Below the pieces are notes generated by a model. It saw only the letters and a program-made list of their open reading frames with translations. It was not told where the DNA came from and made no database searches. Shown one piece after another: positions 1 through 13,900 of a DNA stretch of 64,000 nucleotides (position 1 is the first letter of the stretch; every line of letters starts with the position of its first letter). Position numbers and translations under genes: made by a program. Origin of the DNA: Okamejei kenojei (Eukaryota); contig CM069162.1 of NCBI GenBank assembly GCA_035221665.1, positions 27,032,001 through 27,096,000 on the forward strand, in the 5' to 3' direction.

Positions 1-1655
1 TTGAAATTTTGTTAAATAAAAATTTATTTATGTTTGAGTTATAGTTTTTGAAACCAATAAATAAAATGTTACTGTGACATTGAACTTTGTTTCCTTCAGC
101 TTCAGTTGTACATAATGTCATATTTGAATTGGGAATTAATCAGGGTTCCAGCCTGAAACATCCCAACCCAAAATGTCGCGTATGCATGGTCTGCAGAGAT
201 GCTGCCTGACCCGCTGATTTACGTCAGTACTTTGTGTGATCTTTGTTAAACTCACAGTAATGTTATTTTTCAAATTGTTGTCTGATTATCAGTATTTGTA
301 CAGTTTGTTTTCTTCTCTGAGTTTCTCCAGCATTTGTACAGTCATCACCGGGTTATAGAGGTGCTTTTGATTTTTACTCTGATTTTGGGTCCCAAAAAAT
401 ATTGCTATCCTAGCATTTAATGCAAGGGCTCAGTCATGCTGCAGTGAACTCTCACTTTTAATTGATATTTAAATGAAATATGCATTTTATAAACCAAATA
501 ATATGTATAACACATCTGTGAAACAACAAGGTCCCACAAATAACAATGAAACAAATAACAGTTTTAGGGATGTTGATTAAGAAAACAAGTGAACAGGGAT
601 GTCAATTGAGATAAAAGTTAAGGTCAGATACTTGTGGATGTCTCTGCTCTTCGAATAATGCCTCTGGATTATTTGTTTCCACCTGAATGAGCAGATGGTG
701 CCTCGCACAATGCAATACTCTCACAGTAATTGCATTGAACTCTCACTTGCGATAATGTTCTTAATTTGTGATACGGATTTGAATTCTCAATCTTCGAACT
801 CTGAGTATTATCAATGATCATGACAAACAGCCATAGATGTGAGTATATTCATGAAAAGTCAAATTTACTGCTTGGGAATTTTGCAATGAATATCTCATGT
901 ACCTCATAAGGTATATTATAGAAAATATAATGTTTATCTGACCCCAAGGCCTTTAAGGTGTAAGCTCTATACTAAAATTGGCAAATCCAAAATTACAATA
1001 TTGGGTACTTTAGTGCAGTGACTCCATTTTTTGCATTAGTTCGTTAGAACAATCTACAGTCCTAGCTATGAGTGAAATGGCTGTCAATTAATTTCAAAAC
1101 CCAAACCAGAATTTTTCACTGTATTGAATAGCTACTGCAAGCATGAAAGAATTGAATTGGGGGGGGGGGGGGGGGGACGACGACAGTGAGAGTAGTTTGG
1201 TGTGGATACAAATATTGTGATATATACCAAGGGCCCATTTGTGTCCTATATTTAACATGTCAACCTAATATTTCTGGGTTTTTTTTAAGTATTTGTAAGT
1301 TGTTTGCTTCCTTTCCTATTCCCATTGCTTAATATTTGGATAGAATTCTTAGTTTTGACCATTTTGGCGGTACATTGCAGTCTACATTTGCACCATTCAC
1401 TTTGTGACCGTAATAATTTCCATGTATCAAAATAGTCCAGTTCAAATCTGAAGGTTTAGTAAGTGATGTAAAAAGTAGATTTAAAGAGTCGATACCATGC
1501 AGGCGGAGAATATCCATATGTGGTTACTTTTTTTTGCCAGTGTTTTTAAAAGTTTAAAAAGAGTGGAAAGATGCATTTTATTAAAGTTTAAAATGCGGGG
1601 GAAATGGTTTAAACTTGTTTCGCCCTCTTTTCCTGGACGAGAGGGACTTCTGGAG

Positions 1656-1709
1656 CAAAGATACTAGAGGAGCAAGATAGAGCGAAGTCCAAATCCTCTA
1701 GTATCTTTG
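1656..1709. mobile_element. 54-bp MITE-like element (hAT-type inferred)
   Basis: Perfect 16-bp TIR CAAAGATACTAGAGGA / TCCTCTAGTATCTTTG; flanks TTCTGGAG and CTCTGGAG (7/8 match, putative 8-bp TSD). Confidence 0.65.
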
Positions 1710-1840
1710 CTCTGGAGTGCTGAGTTGGTGGGTGGTCCACAAGGGTAGGACCGATTACGCTGCGGACTAGTGTGTAACGCGCTTGTGCGCGGTTCTTCTC
1801 CGGAGTGTTCAGTCCGTTGCACCAGTCGGCCCACGGTAAA

Positions 1841-1974
1841 ATGGCGCTGAACTCGGCTCCGGCCCTGGAGCCGGACCCCGACTGGAGCGCCGCTGTTCGC
1901 CCGCTCCTCGCCGCTTCCTATTCTACATTCGAGCCGCGGGACATCTCTCAGCTTTTCAGCTCGGTCATAAACAG
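1841..1974 (+). CDS. UBR4: UBR4 exon 1
   Basis: [44 protein letters not shown]; donor AG|GTAAAG, phase 2. Confidence 0.9.
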
Positions 1975-4900
1975 GTAAAGTGGGAAGCCGCGCTCCGTGG
2001 TCGTCCAGGGAAGGGAGCAGGAGGACGGGTTAACAGAGCCGCGGCCCTGGGCCCCGCCGCTTCGCCTCTCCCCCCCCCACCCCCCGGCCCCAAACTAGGG
2101 TCACGGCCTGCAGTGACACCCCTTGGATTTTTAACTCGATGTTGGAGGCAAATGTCAGGAAGCAGCTGCGGAAACCTCGGCCTAATCCAACAGCCGGGAA
2201 CTTTCTCGAATGTGCTGGAAGCCAGGGAGGCGCAGCGGTGTTAAACCGCACCCTCATCGCCTGGCATCTCTACCTATATTTTATGCCATTCCGCCTCTAC
2301 AATACAACGCACCACTGTGTTGTTGTCATCATGCAACAACTTGCATTTCTAGAATGCAGTCGATACCGATATAGATCCTAATTATGTAGCAAAGAACTGC
2401 AAATGCTGGTTTTAATCGAAGGTACACACAAAATGCTGGAGTGAGTCAGCGGGACAGGCAGCATCTCTGGAGAGAAGGAATGGGTGACGTTTCAGGTCGA
2501 GACTCTTCTTCAGACTCGTTATATCGGGTCTCCGATCAGTGGCAGAAAATGGGGATGTCCAAGTTCCACCAAAGATGTGGTTTGGGCGAAATCAGAGGAG
2601 AAGAGGGAGGCGGAAAGGTAGTGGGGAGGTTTAAGGACAGTTTGTTATGGGGACGTAGAAGATTCAGGAAGTTGTAGGAGAAGGATAAAAGTTTATTGGG
2701 TGGATAACGTCCGCCAGGAAGAAGCTATTTTGTGCCCATTGCTTTGATCAACCATCTGATCAAATCTGGTTATGAATTTCTTCATCGTGATTGTCTAAAC
2801 TGCGGAGAAGCTGAATGACATGTTCTACCCATAAGTTAAACATTTATGTGCCTGGTATTCTCGGAATCTCTGCCATTTCCCCTCCAATCTTTCCTGAGGT
2901 ATAGAAACATAGAAAATAGGTGCAGGAGTATACCATTCGGCCCTTCGAACCAGCTGATCATCCAAAATCAGTACCCCGTCCCTGCTTTCCCCCCCATATT
3001 CCTTGATTCCGTTAGCCCTAAGGGTGGCACGGTGGCGCAGCGGTGGAGTTGCTGCCTTACAGTGCTTGCAGAACCGGAGACCCGGGTTCGATCCCAACTA
3101 CGGGTGCTGTCTGTACGGTTTTACATTCTCCCCGTGACCTGCGTGGGTTTTCTCCGAGGTCTTCGGTTTCCTCCCACACTCCAGGTTAATTGGCTTGGTG
3201 TATGTGTATATTGTCCCTAGTGGGTGTAGGACAGTGTTAATGCCTGGGGATCCTGGTTGGCGCGGACTAGGTGGGCCGAAGGGCCTGTTTCCGTGCTGTA
3301 TCGCTAAGCTATATCTAACTCAAAAATATCCAGTGAATTGGCCTCCATTGCCTTCTGTGGCATAGAATTCTGCAGATTCACAATTCGCTGGGTGAAAATG
3401 TTTTCCTCGTCTTAGTCCTAAATGTCCTCCCCCTTATTCTTACACTGTGACCCCTGCTTCTGGACTCCCCGAACATCTGGAACTTTTTTCTTGCATCTAG
3501 GCTGGCCAATTCCTTAAGAATTTTATGTTTATATAAAATAAGATATAAGATACCCTCTCATCCTTCTAAATTCCAATGAATACAAGCCCAGTTGATCCAT
3601 TCTTCCATCACATGTCAGTGCCGCCATCCCAGGAATTAACCTGGTGAACCTACACTGGACTCCCTCAATAGCAAGAATGTCCTTCCTCAAATTAGGAGAC
3701 CAAAACTGCACACAATACTCTAGGTGTGGTCCCACCAGGACCCTACACAACTGCTGTAGGACCTTCTTGCTCCTATACTCAAATCCTCTCGCTATGAAGA
3801 CCAACATGCCATTTGCTTTCTTCCCTGGCTGCTTTACCTGCATGTTTACTTTCAATGACTGATGTACAAGTCTTGTTGCACCTCCCCTTTTCCTAATCTG
3901 ACACCATTCAGATAATAATCTGCCTTCTTGTTCTTGCCACCACTGTGGATAACCTCATATTTATCCACATTATACTGCATCTGCCATGCATCTGCCATGC
4001 ATCTGCCCACTCACCCAACCTATCCAACTCACACTGCAGCCTCATAGCATCCTCCTCGCAGCTCACACTGGCACCTAGCTTTGCATCATCCACAAACTTG
4101 TAGATGTTACATTTAATTCCTTCGTCTAAATCGTTAATATATATTGTAAATAACTGTGGTCCCAGCACTCTGCCTTGTGGCACTCCACTAGTCACTGCCT
4201 GCCATTCTGAAAAGGACCCGTTAATTTCTACTCTCAGCTTTCTGTCTGCCAACCAACTCTATCATGTCAATACCCTACCCCCAATACCATATGCTCTAAT
4301 TTTGCACACTAATCTCTTGTGTGGGACCTTGTCAAAGGCTTTTTGAAAGGCCAGATACACCACATCCACCGGCTCTCCCTTATCCATTCTACTTATTACA
4401 TCCTCACAAAAAGGGTTTGTCCATAAATGAATGGAGATAAGTCTGACCGTGTCTGTATCACCGAGTGTGTTTCTGTACACATTCTAGCAGGAAATGCTGG
4501 ACATAGTGAGTCGGGCAGAGTGAACATAGAACTGCACAGGAACGGACCCACAATATCTTTGCTTAACATGATGCCAGATACGATGAAAAAAAACAATATA
4601 TAATAAAAATAAACCAGGAGATGCTGGTTCATACCAAAGATAGATACACAATGCTAGAGTAACTCAGCGGATCGGGCAGCATTCCTGGAGAAAATGGGCA
4701 GGTGACGTCTCGGGATCCTCCTTGAGATGTGGGGTATATGGGATCGCTATTGCTATTGCTATAGATATAATGCTTTTGGATATCAAAGTGTGATGATCGC
4801 ACTTGTGTTTCCACTTGAGAGTCCAACCTTTGATGTTTGCAGATATTACTAAATTTTTTTGTGGTTGAGCTTTGAATAAAACTTGATTAATGAGCATCCT

Positions 4901-7900
4901 ATTTCAGACATATTTTGAATCTGCAGTTGTAATGTTCTAGGTTAAGATTGGGAATAATTCCAATCATTGGAGAGTTTTCATGGTTTGCAATATGGAGGAG
5001 GACAGATGTGGCAGCTGGGGGAGGACAGTGTGCTTTCCTGTATTTGATTTGATGCCAAAAAATGTTGTGATGTTTATTGAATTCATACTGGGCACTATTG
5101 TGGCCACTTCTTTGCCTTTTGTATACTCTTGGGTTGCCATCTCCCATGTGTTTGAGTTATTAGCAGTCCAAGACACACTCGAGATCTGTGGAGGTGGAAC
5201 TGTTTGTTGTTAAAAATAAATACTTTTGCCCAAGAAAGGTAGTCTCTTAAGCTACTCTGCCACTTGAAACATTTTTCTTCTGGCTTCACCTGATAGCTCG
5301 ATGTATTCCCGTCTCCTGGCAATTTGGAGCAACTCATTTAAAGGATGTGTTGCTGATATTTGATGATACCTCACCATTCCTGAAAAATATGTTACAGCAA
5401 GAACAGAAAATGATGTTAACACTCGGCAAGTTAGGCATCATCTGCGACAAGAAATAGTTGATGCTTCTAGTTAACGATCTTTCATCAGAATCTGCTGGGT
5501 ATTTCTTAAGTTCATAAGCCGTAGGATCAGAATTAGGACATTTGGCCTATCGTGTCTACTCTGTCATTGTATCATGGCTGATCTATCTTTTCCTCTCAAT
5601 CCTGCTTTCATGCCTTCTCCCTATAACCTTTGTCACCCATACTAATCAAGAACCTGTCAATCTCCGCTTTAAAAATACCCAATGACTTGGCTGCCACATC
5701 CATCTGTGGCAATTAATTCCCCAGATTCACCACCCTCTGACTATAGAAATTCCTTCTCGTCTCCTTTCTAAACATGCATCGTTTTCTTCTGAGGCTGTGC
5801 CCTCTAGTCGTAGATCTTCCACTCGTGGAAACATCTTCACCGCATTCACATTATCCAGGCCTTTCAGTTTCAATGAGGTGTCCCATCATCCTTCTAAATT
5901 CCAATGAGTACAGGCCTAGAGCTGTCAAACAGTTTTGTTGCATTTTCGTGAACTGGAACTCTGGAGTAAGAAGCCATTTCTACTTTGCATTTTGTTCTGC
6001 AATATTCTACTTGAACGATTTTATGTGCAATTACAAAAGAGGAGTTGCACCTCACTGGCAATGATTGTTAACAAAATAGTTTGTGTTGTATACCTGATCA
6101 AATAAAATGATGTGATTCAAAATATGAATAAAGTTCCTTCTACTTCTCTCGGGCAAAATCTTATAGCTGGTCAGAGCATGGGGCTGCTAGACAGCATACT
6201 ACACAGGACTTCATTACCCTGCAGATTAGCAGGGCAAAAGGAGTAAAGTCGGGCTGTCAGATCTTATTCACTAATTTATCAGTACAACCTTTGTTTAAAA
6301 GGATATATTATCAATGTTAATACAGGATGGTAACATTACTGCAAATGAAATTATGGGGTTAACAGTGTAGTGCAGGGACAGGCACTTCGACCTATAATGC
6401 CTAATTAAACAAATTCCTTATATGACCCATATCCCTCAATTCTCTGCATATTCGTGTACCTTTTCAAATTCCTACTACCATATCAGCTTCTTCCACCACC
6501 CCAAGCAGCAGATTTAAGGAACCAACCACTCACCGTAAAAACAAACAAAAAAAGATGTCCTGTGCATTTTCTTTAAATCTTTCCCCCCTCTGACCGCTGC
6601 TGCATTACTCTCGTCGTTGGTGCCTCATGCATCAATCTCCCTCTATAACCGGCAAGAGCAATAATGACCAATGATCAGACTGGCCAAAATGAGGAAGGGG
6701 AATGGAGCGATAGGCATATTTGATGGTGGTATAGCAATGGTCTCGAGTGTTAACACCCCAAGTTCAGTAGACATGCTGATGGTATTTGGGGATTGCATTC
6801 CTGAGGTTTGCCCAATTGAAGTTGCGAGTGATGATGAATCGGGTATCAGGGTTTGCTATCTCAGAAGAATTGATGACTGAGTACAATTAATCTTTGCGTT
6901 GGATTTGGGTGCTGTGTAGACTGTTGACAAGATGGTCGAAGTGAATTCCCATGGTGGATTAGAGGGATGGCATTTCACGATCTGTTATTCCAGAGCAGAG
7001 GAGCCGAATTTACCTAAGTCCATCACATCAGAGTACCACGAAACATCGACAATAAAGCAGATACCGCCGTTTTCATTATGTCTGAATATTGTATGCGGTT
7101 CGTACTATAATTAGAGAAAACCGTGCTTTGTATAAGAGTATTAAGGCTGAGCCATGTTTCAGCGAATCAAGGCTGAGCCTCTGATATCCCTTTGGAACAG
7201 CAGTCTTGTTCTGAGCTCTTCAAGTTTGTCCTCTTCAAGGGTTAGCTTGTTATAGTGGATGCAGCCTCGTAGTTTCTTCTGACTTGCCAGAGGTGTGTAC
7301 ACATGCACACTGGGCAGATGCTTTGGCAGGTTATCACCTGTCTTGTTGATTCCAACTCATCTGCCTTTCACTCTAAATCCTCTCAGGAAGTGTTTCCATC
7401 AAAAATCCAATTGACATTCCCAAATTTTACAGATGGCTTCTGCACCTTGCATACCTATTTTAATTGGCTTCAGAGGAATTCATATTATTCCTGATTTGTA
7501 GCCTGTTTTTCAGCAAGACACTGGCCTTTTTTACTTTTCCTCCTTGCAGAATCATAGAGACAACCATCATGCATTAGTTCACTGTCTGCACTGACCATCA
7601 AACACCCATTTGCACTAATTAAAACTAAATTCTATTTTTATTCTCCCCAGTTCTCTTTAACTGTCCAGATTCTTCCACTAACTTAGGTAATAGAGACATT
7701 TTACTAGTGCCTATTATACTACTAATCCTGCATGGCTTTGGAATGGGATGGGATGGGCGGGCCGGAGCATCCGTGGACGCTCGTTTGGTCATGGAGAATG
7801 TGCATTCACCACACAGACAGCATCGGACGTCAGGATTGAGCCCAGATCTCCGCCACTGTGAGACGGTGAAAGCTTTTCACTGTACCTCGGTACTCGTGAC

Positions 7901-10900
7901 AATAAACCAAACTTAAGCAGTGACTCTGCGAGCTGCACTAATTCTAGCGTCCATTTTATCCAGGGATGCTGGGAAATTCCTGCAGCGACGTGGGGATGCG
8001 CAAAACCAAATGATGCTTGCTCTTCTGTCTCGCTTTTTGATTAAATTGATTGAAAGATACAGCATGGAAACAGCCCCTTCGGCCCACCGAGTTCACGCCG
8101 CCATCAATCATCCGATCACACTAGTTGAACATTAACCCACTTTTGCATCCACTCCCGACACACGAGGGACAATGTACAGAGGCCAATTAACCTACAAACC
8201 CACACATCTTTGGGATGTGGGAGGAAACTTGCATGATCACACGGAAAACATGCAAACTCCTGAAAGGCAGCACCCGAGGTCAGGTTCGAACCTGTACCTC
8301 TGGCGCTATGAGGTAGCAGCTGTTGTCTTAAGGTGCTTTCCTTCACAGTTCATGATAACAGGTTGCCAAAGTTTAAACTAACTTCAGAGTTAGGAGTTTA
8401 CTGGACAAAGGTTTTTTTTATTGCATATAAGCACGGATGGAATGTACAATGTACCAAAGTCTCTCAAAATTTTAAAATTTACAATAGGTTATCAAAAGAG
8501 GATGCAGTCAGATACTCAAACTGCCCATATTTGTACATTATCCTTGGGTATCTATACATCTTCATGTTCATGGATGCAGAGAGATTATAGAGAAGACAGA
8601 TTATCTTAACACTTCATATCATGCATCACAGGCAGTCGGTTGAACTTGAGTTGGTTTGAGTTAAACACAATTTAACTGTGACAACAAACAATGAAAAAAA
8701 GTCCAATCTATCTCATGGAGAGTAAGCAAAACTCTGTAGTCATACATTCTGGCAATAAACAAGGTTTGGTCTTGCTATTTGTTGGTTTCTGCCGCCGGAG
8801 AAATGACTGCTTTCTGTACCCACTCCCAAACATTAACCGAAAAATCACCAACTGTGATGTCATAAGGCAGCCACTCACCAATGACGTTCTAACTCATGCT
8901 CAGTTGAGGTCTTCCTTGATTCACTCAGCTCCACATTTCATCAAATTCCCGATCCAGGCATGGGCGGAACTGTTGCTGCAAGAGAGCTGGCAATAGCTGT
9001 TCTTTTCACACCAGTGTAGCCATTTATTATGGAGGCTCAGCAAAGCTTGTTGGTGGATTCCATTGGGGAAATCCCAGCAACATTTAGGATTTGATCATTT
9101 GTAAGTACCCTCTTCCCCTGACCTGCATAGGAGTCCACCCTCACTGATTCCCTTTTATTTGAAACATGAATAATGTTTCAGTTCAAACGGTGAAGCTTGT
9201 CCTGCTGAGTATCTCCAGCATTTCTATTTTTAACATGGATGAAAATACTGCAACATTTATGCTGGATGAATATGTACTTGTTTTTAAAGTTTGTGCGTTA
9301 TTTGTTTTGTCTTTCAGTGAGAAGGAGATTCTACATCATGACAAACATTATGAACCGTTCTATTCTTCATTTGTGGCGTTGTCTGCACATTACATCTCAA
9401 CAGTCTGTACACAAAGTGAGTATTTCTGATGAAATCTATTGTAGGTTAATATTATTTTAATCCATTTCATAAAGAATTGTAATGGTTGTCAGCATGGGGA
9501 GACTAGTCTCCTTGTAGTTTGATCTGGGCTGCATTTAAGCTCCAGAGATGGAGTTGGAGGTTTAGGGCCACCTTGACCTGTGAGCGTGGAAATGTTCTGA
9601 TAAAATTCAAAGCATTTGGCCAGGTTCAGTTTGCCACTTTCAGCACATCAACACTCTTTTACTGTTACTGATTAGATTTTGAATGACTCAAGGGCTTACC
9701 ATGTCTTGTTGTATGACTGAATAATTGAATAATGCAGCACAGATGGCAGTCATTTGCCTTCTCGTTGCCTTGAAAGCTTCCTTGTTTGTCTTACTTTAAG
9801 AGTTTCTGAAGTTTCCATGCTAGTTTAATTTATTTGTTTTTAATACCTTAAATAGTTAATGTTTTGGAAATTTATTGTATTTGTTGCCAACTCTTCCAAT
9901 ATTTCTAGTTCCTAGGAACCAATTGCTGTCTGTTACTGCCGCATGTAAAGTCCTGATTGAATTTTCATTGATGCGTCTCGAGAATCCAGATGAAGCATGT
10001 GCTGTTTCACAGGTAATGACTTTACTCTTCGGACTGGTTTAATTGTATGGACTTCTCTGATGAATATTCATTATCTAACAAAGTAGGATTCAATCTCTCC
10101 TTTCTCCTCATTCTTCTTTAGTTTTCTCATTGGTGTCTGGTCTGGATAGTCACTGGTGGGTTTATCACCTCTCTTAGGGTTCACCTCTCCAATAGGTCAA
10201 ATCCCATTCCATGGCTCAAGAATGTTACACGCAAACGCTCAATTGCAACATTTGTTGGAAGGGAAATTCTTTTAGAAATGGTGTTAAATTAAGGCCTTAT
10301 CTCTCTCTTTGGATGTGCATCCAATATCCTTTATTTTCTCATAGTGAGTTCTTCTCATGCTCCAAACAACTTTTAACTAGCTGTGCCAAGAACAGATTGT
10401 TTATTTCAGTGCAGTGAATCATGCTGTGTGAAAACTGCTTGGTGCTTACAGAGCTGCCAAGTAGTACAGATTTTCTGTATTTTGTACGGAAATGCGATAA
10501 GAATACGGATGTACGGATTTGCATTGTAAAATACGGATTTTTTTTTAAATCAGCCCCACTTCCTGTTTCATCTTGCTTAAAAAATGCAAGGATATAAAAA
10601 GTCATACTGTAACTCTAAAAATGATAGCAGATTAAATCTATTAGTATTTTAAATTTCAAGATTATTTTTGTAAGCATTGATCTGCCTGTCCGGCTACAGG
10701 TTTAAACAGCGCTGTCAGTTTAACACAACAGTGCTAAGGGTTCTAATTATAGCACTGCCAGCTGGAGCGCTATTGCCTTTACACATAGCGCTATGGCCAC
10801 AGCACTATGGGTCACAGACTGTTCGGGGAGGGAGAAGAGAAGCAATAAGAGAGGGAGGGAGAAAAATAAGGAAGGAGAGAGGGGGGGAAAGGGGGAGGGA

Positions 10901-13900
10901 GAGGGAAGGAAAGAGAGGAAGGAGGGAGGGAGAGGGAGGCTTCCAAAATGGCTTCTACATCATCATCTGGTGCTAAAAGCAAGAAGCAGCCGTTCAAACA
11001 GAAGTATGCAAAGAGATGGCAATGTATGCACTGTCAAGTAAGGTGCGTAGAAGACGTGTCAATTGGTAGCAAAGTTATGCATTCTTGTACATGGGTATGA
11101 CCGCACATAAAAAACAACTTTTTTTTCAGCAAAATGGATCCACGTAAAAATACTGATTTCCTCAGCAAAATACTGATTTTCAGGTACTAGAATACTGAAA
11201 TGCTCTGACAACTTGGCAACTCTGTGCTTATGGCAGTATAACAAAAATTACATTTAAAAGTGCTTGATTGTAAAGTACTTTGAAATGTCCTGAATGCATT
11301 GTAAGATCCAAATAGTTTTGATTTATGTCCACCCATCTTAGGGTAATGAGGGCTGGGGCATTTAAGGATGTAAGAAGTATTGATCTTTCTGCTAAAGGGT
11401 TATTAGAAGTTGAAGATAGTGTTGTGTTGTAACAAAAAGGGTAGAACTTGAGTGGAGATCAGCTTTGATCTAATTTTACTGGCTGAGATGGACTATTCCC
11501 ATTCCTTTATTTAGCTACCGTGACAAAATTCATGTTCTTACTACTTTCATAAACCACCTTAAAATTGATGCGTTTTACAGTGTTTTCTACTTTTCAACTA
11601 TTGTTTGATTGTCATAATTCTTCCTCAGAAACACTTGATCCTATTGATCAAGGGCTTGTGCACTGGCTGCAGCCGACTGGACAGGACTGAGATCATTACA
11701 TTTACAGCAATGATGAAGTCAGCCAAACTTCCAATGACAGTAAAGACTCTCTCAGATGGTAAGCCTTTTGAATGTGAATCTCAGCTGTTTATCTTGTTGC
11801 CATTACCAAATTTCCACAAAATCCTTGGTGTTCAGGTGAGGTTGCATTTGGTGTACTGTGTTCAGTTTTGAGCACCCTGCTATAGGAAGGATGTTATTAA
11901 GCTGGAAAGAGTGCAGAGAAGGTTTGACAAGGATCTTTCCAAGATTTGAGAGGTTAGGCAGGCTAGAACTTTATCCCTTGGAACGCAAGAAGGTTATAGA
12001 GAAGAATAAATTGGTGATGGGAATAGGCAGAGTGAATGCACGGCCTGTTTCCCTGGATAGGGGAATCAAGAACTAGAGGGCAGAGGTTTACGGTGAGAGG
12101 AGAAAGATTTAATGGGAACCTGAGGGGTAACCTTTTCACTCAGAGTGTGATGGGTATATGGAACGAGCTGCCAGAGGAGGTAGTTGTGGCAGGTTTGAAT
12201 AAACACTTGGATAGGAAAGATAGACACAAAATGTAGTAACTCAGCGGGATAGGCAGCATCTCTGGATAGAACGAATGGGTGACGTTTCTGGTCAAGACCC
12301 TTCTTCAGACCAGGGAAGGCTGAGACGGATATGGGCCAAACGAGTGCTAGTGGGACTAGCTTAGATGGGATATATTGGTCAGCTTGAGCAAGTTGAGTCC
12401 AGGGGCCTGTTTCCAAGCTGTATGGCTGTAACAGTCTGAATCATTGATGGTTTTGTTATGCTTAATTCCAATAAAATAATGTATTTATCCAGTGGAAGAT
12501 CAAAAAGAGACCGTCTCTCCATTGACACCTGAACTACGACAAAAAGAAGTGCAAATGAACTTCTTGAACCAGCTGACTTCTGTTTTCAACCCAGATGTAT
12601 CAAACTCATCTGCTCCATCTACTGTGACTCAGGTAAATGAATTCTGCACTTGTTTTTGTTAGGGCCATGTCAACAATCATAAAATAATAGGATTTTGATT
12701 TGCAAAAATCTAGTTTTGCAATTCATTCCAATAAAATGGCACCAGTGGGATAATGCAGAGGGTACCAAGAGGAATCAACTGGAATATCTTAAATGGTGGG
12801 TTATTTTAGAATGTAGTTACTTAAGGGAATTAATTACATTATTTCTGACTAGAGTAGGGGACTTCCGATATATCTTTATTTGATGGAACACATGACCATC
12901 TTGAATTTTTTGTAATTTAAAAAAAAGTGAAACGACACGTTGTATGTTGTGAAACAACACATTCCCTCTATTTTACTCTCCTTGATTGTATGAAGCTACT
13001 TGCAGATTAAATATAATCTGGTAAACCCTTTCTTTTGTATACGAATAGAAAGAAACCATTCTGCCCCTAACACCCGTTCTATCACTGATTTGTTTTTTAG
13101 TTCTATTCACCCGCATCAGCAAATCCAGGATTTTTGTTTCAATAAGAACATCACTGCTATTTGAGTTGCCCGCCTTAATGTTTTGAATTGTTCAATTGAC
13201 CAATTTATTGTGAGTTATGACTGAATTATTACCTGTATCATCATGTATCTGCAAGAAGTTGTTGAATACAATCATAATCTCCATTTTTTCTCTCTAAGTG
13301 GTTATTGTCAGTTAAGCCGAGATGGGAATCTAGGTTCAAGGTGAAAATATAAGGATTTTTTACCCCAAAATATTATTTTTAATCTGTTGATGCTTTGACT
13401 GTCCTTTACTAGTTCTGCAAATAGTTAGAACAGGTAGTTAAAAACATGACATACAAGAGAGTGGTTGGCGTGGTGGGGAATCAAACACCGACATGACTGG
13501 TGCAGCTGCACAGCTTGTCTTCATCTTGTGAATTTTGAGTGTCTTTTTTAATTTGTCAGGTGGATGGAGAAAGTGATGACCAGACTGTAACAGATCAAGC
13601 AACAGTTACCAAGATGAAAAACGCATTCATTGCCCAGAACGTGTCCAGTTTACAAGCATTGGGTGAGTTTAAATGTGAAAGCTTTACCCTAAAGAGAGCT
13701 GCAGTGGAATGTTATTCTTTTAAAGCAATTTGACTAGTTCCTATAATAAATGTGATGACAAATGCTACAGAAATGTAATCATGCTTACAGACGTTAAAAA
13801 TAGCAAATCAATTGGGCTGTTTAAGAAGGAACTGCAGATGCTGGAAAATCGAAGGTAGACAAAAATGCTGGAGAAACTCAGAGGGTGATCAGCATCTATG

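Larger units (their letters stand above)
1620..2260 (+). promoter_or_regulatory. CpG-island promoter / first exon region of UBR4
   Basis: Abrupt rise in GC and CpG around exon 1; no obvious TATA box; AAAATGGCG (YY1-like) overlaps the start codon at 1838-1846. Confidence 0.75.

Noticed and set aside
3023-3100. tRNA-like A and B boxes as a tRNA gene
   Set aside because: They continue into the SINE core and tail, occur in many copies and show no full cloverleaf.
3976-4007. 11-bp tandem duplication CTGCCATGCAT in the LINE RT
   Set aside because: An ordinary inactivating slippage mutation in a dead copy.
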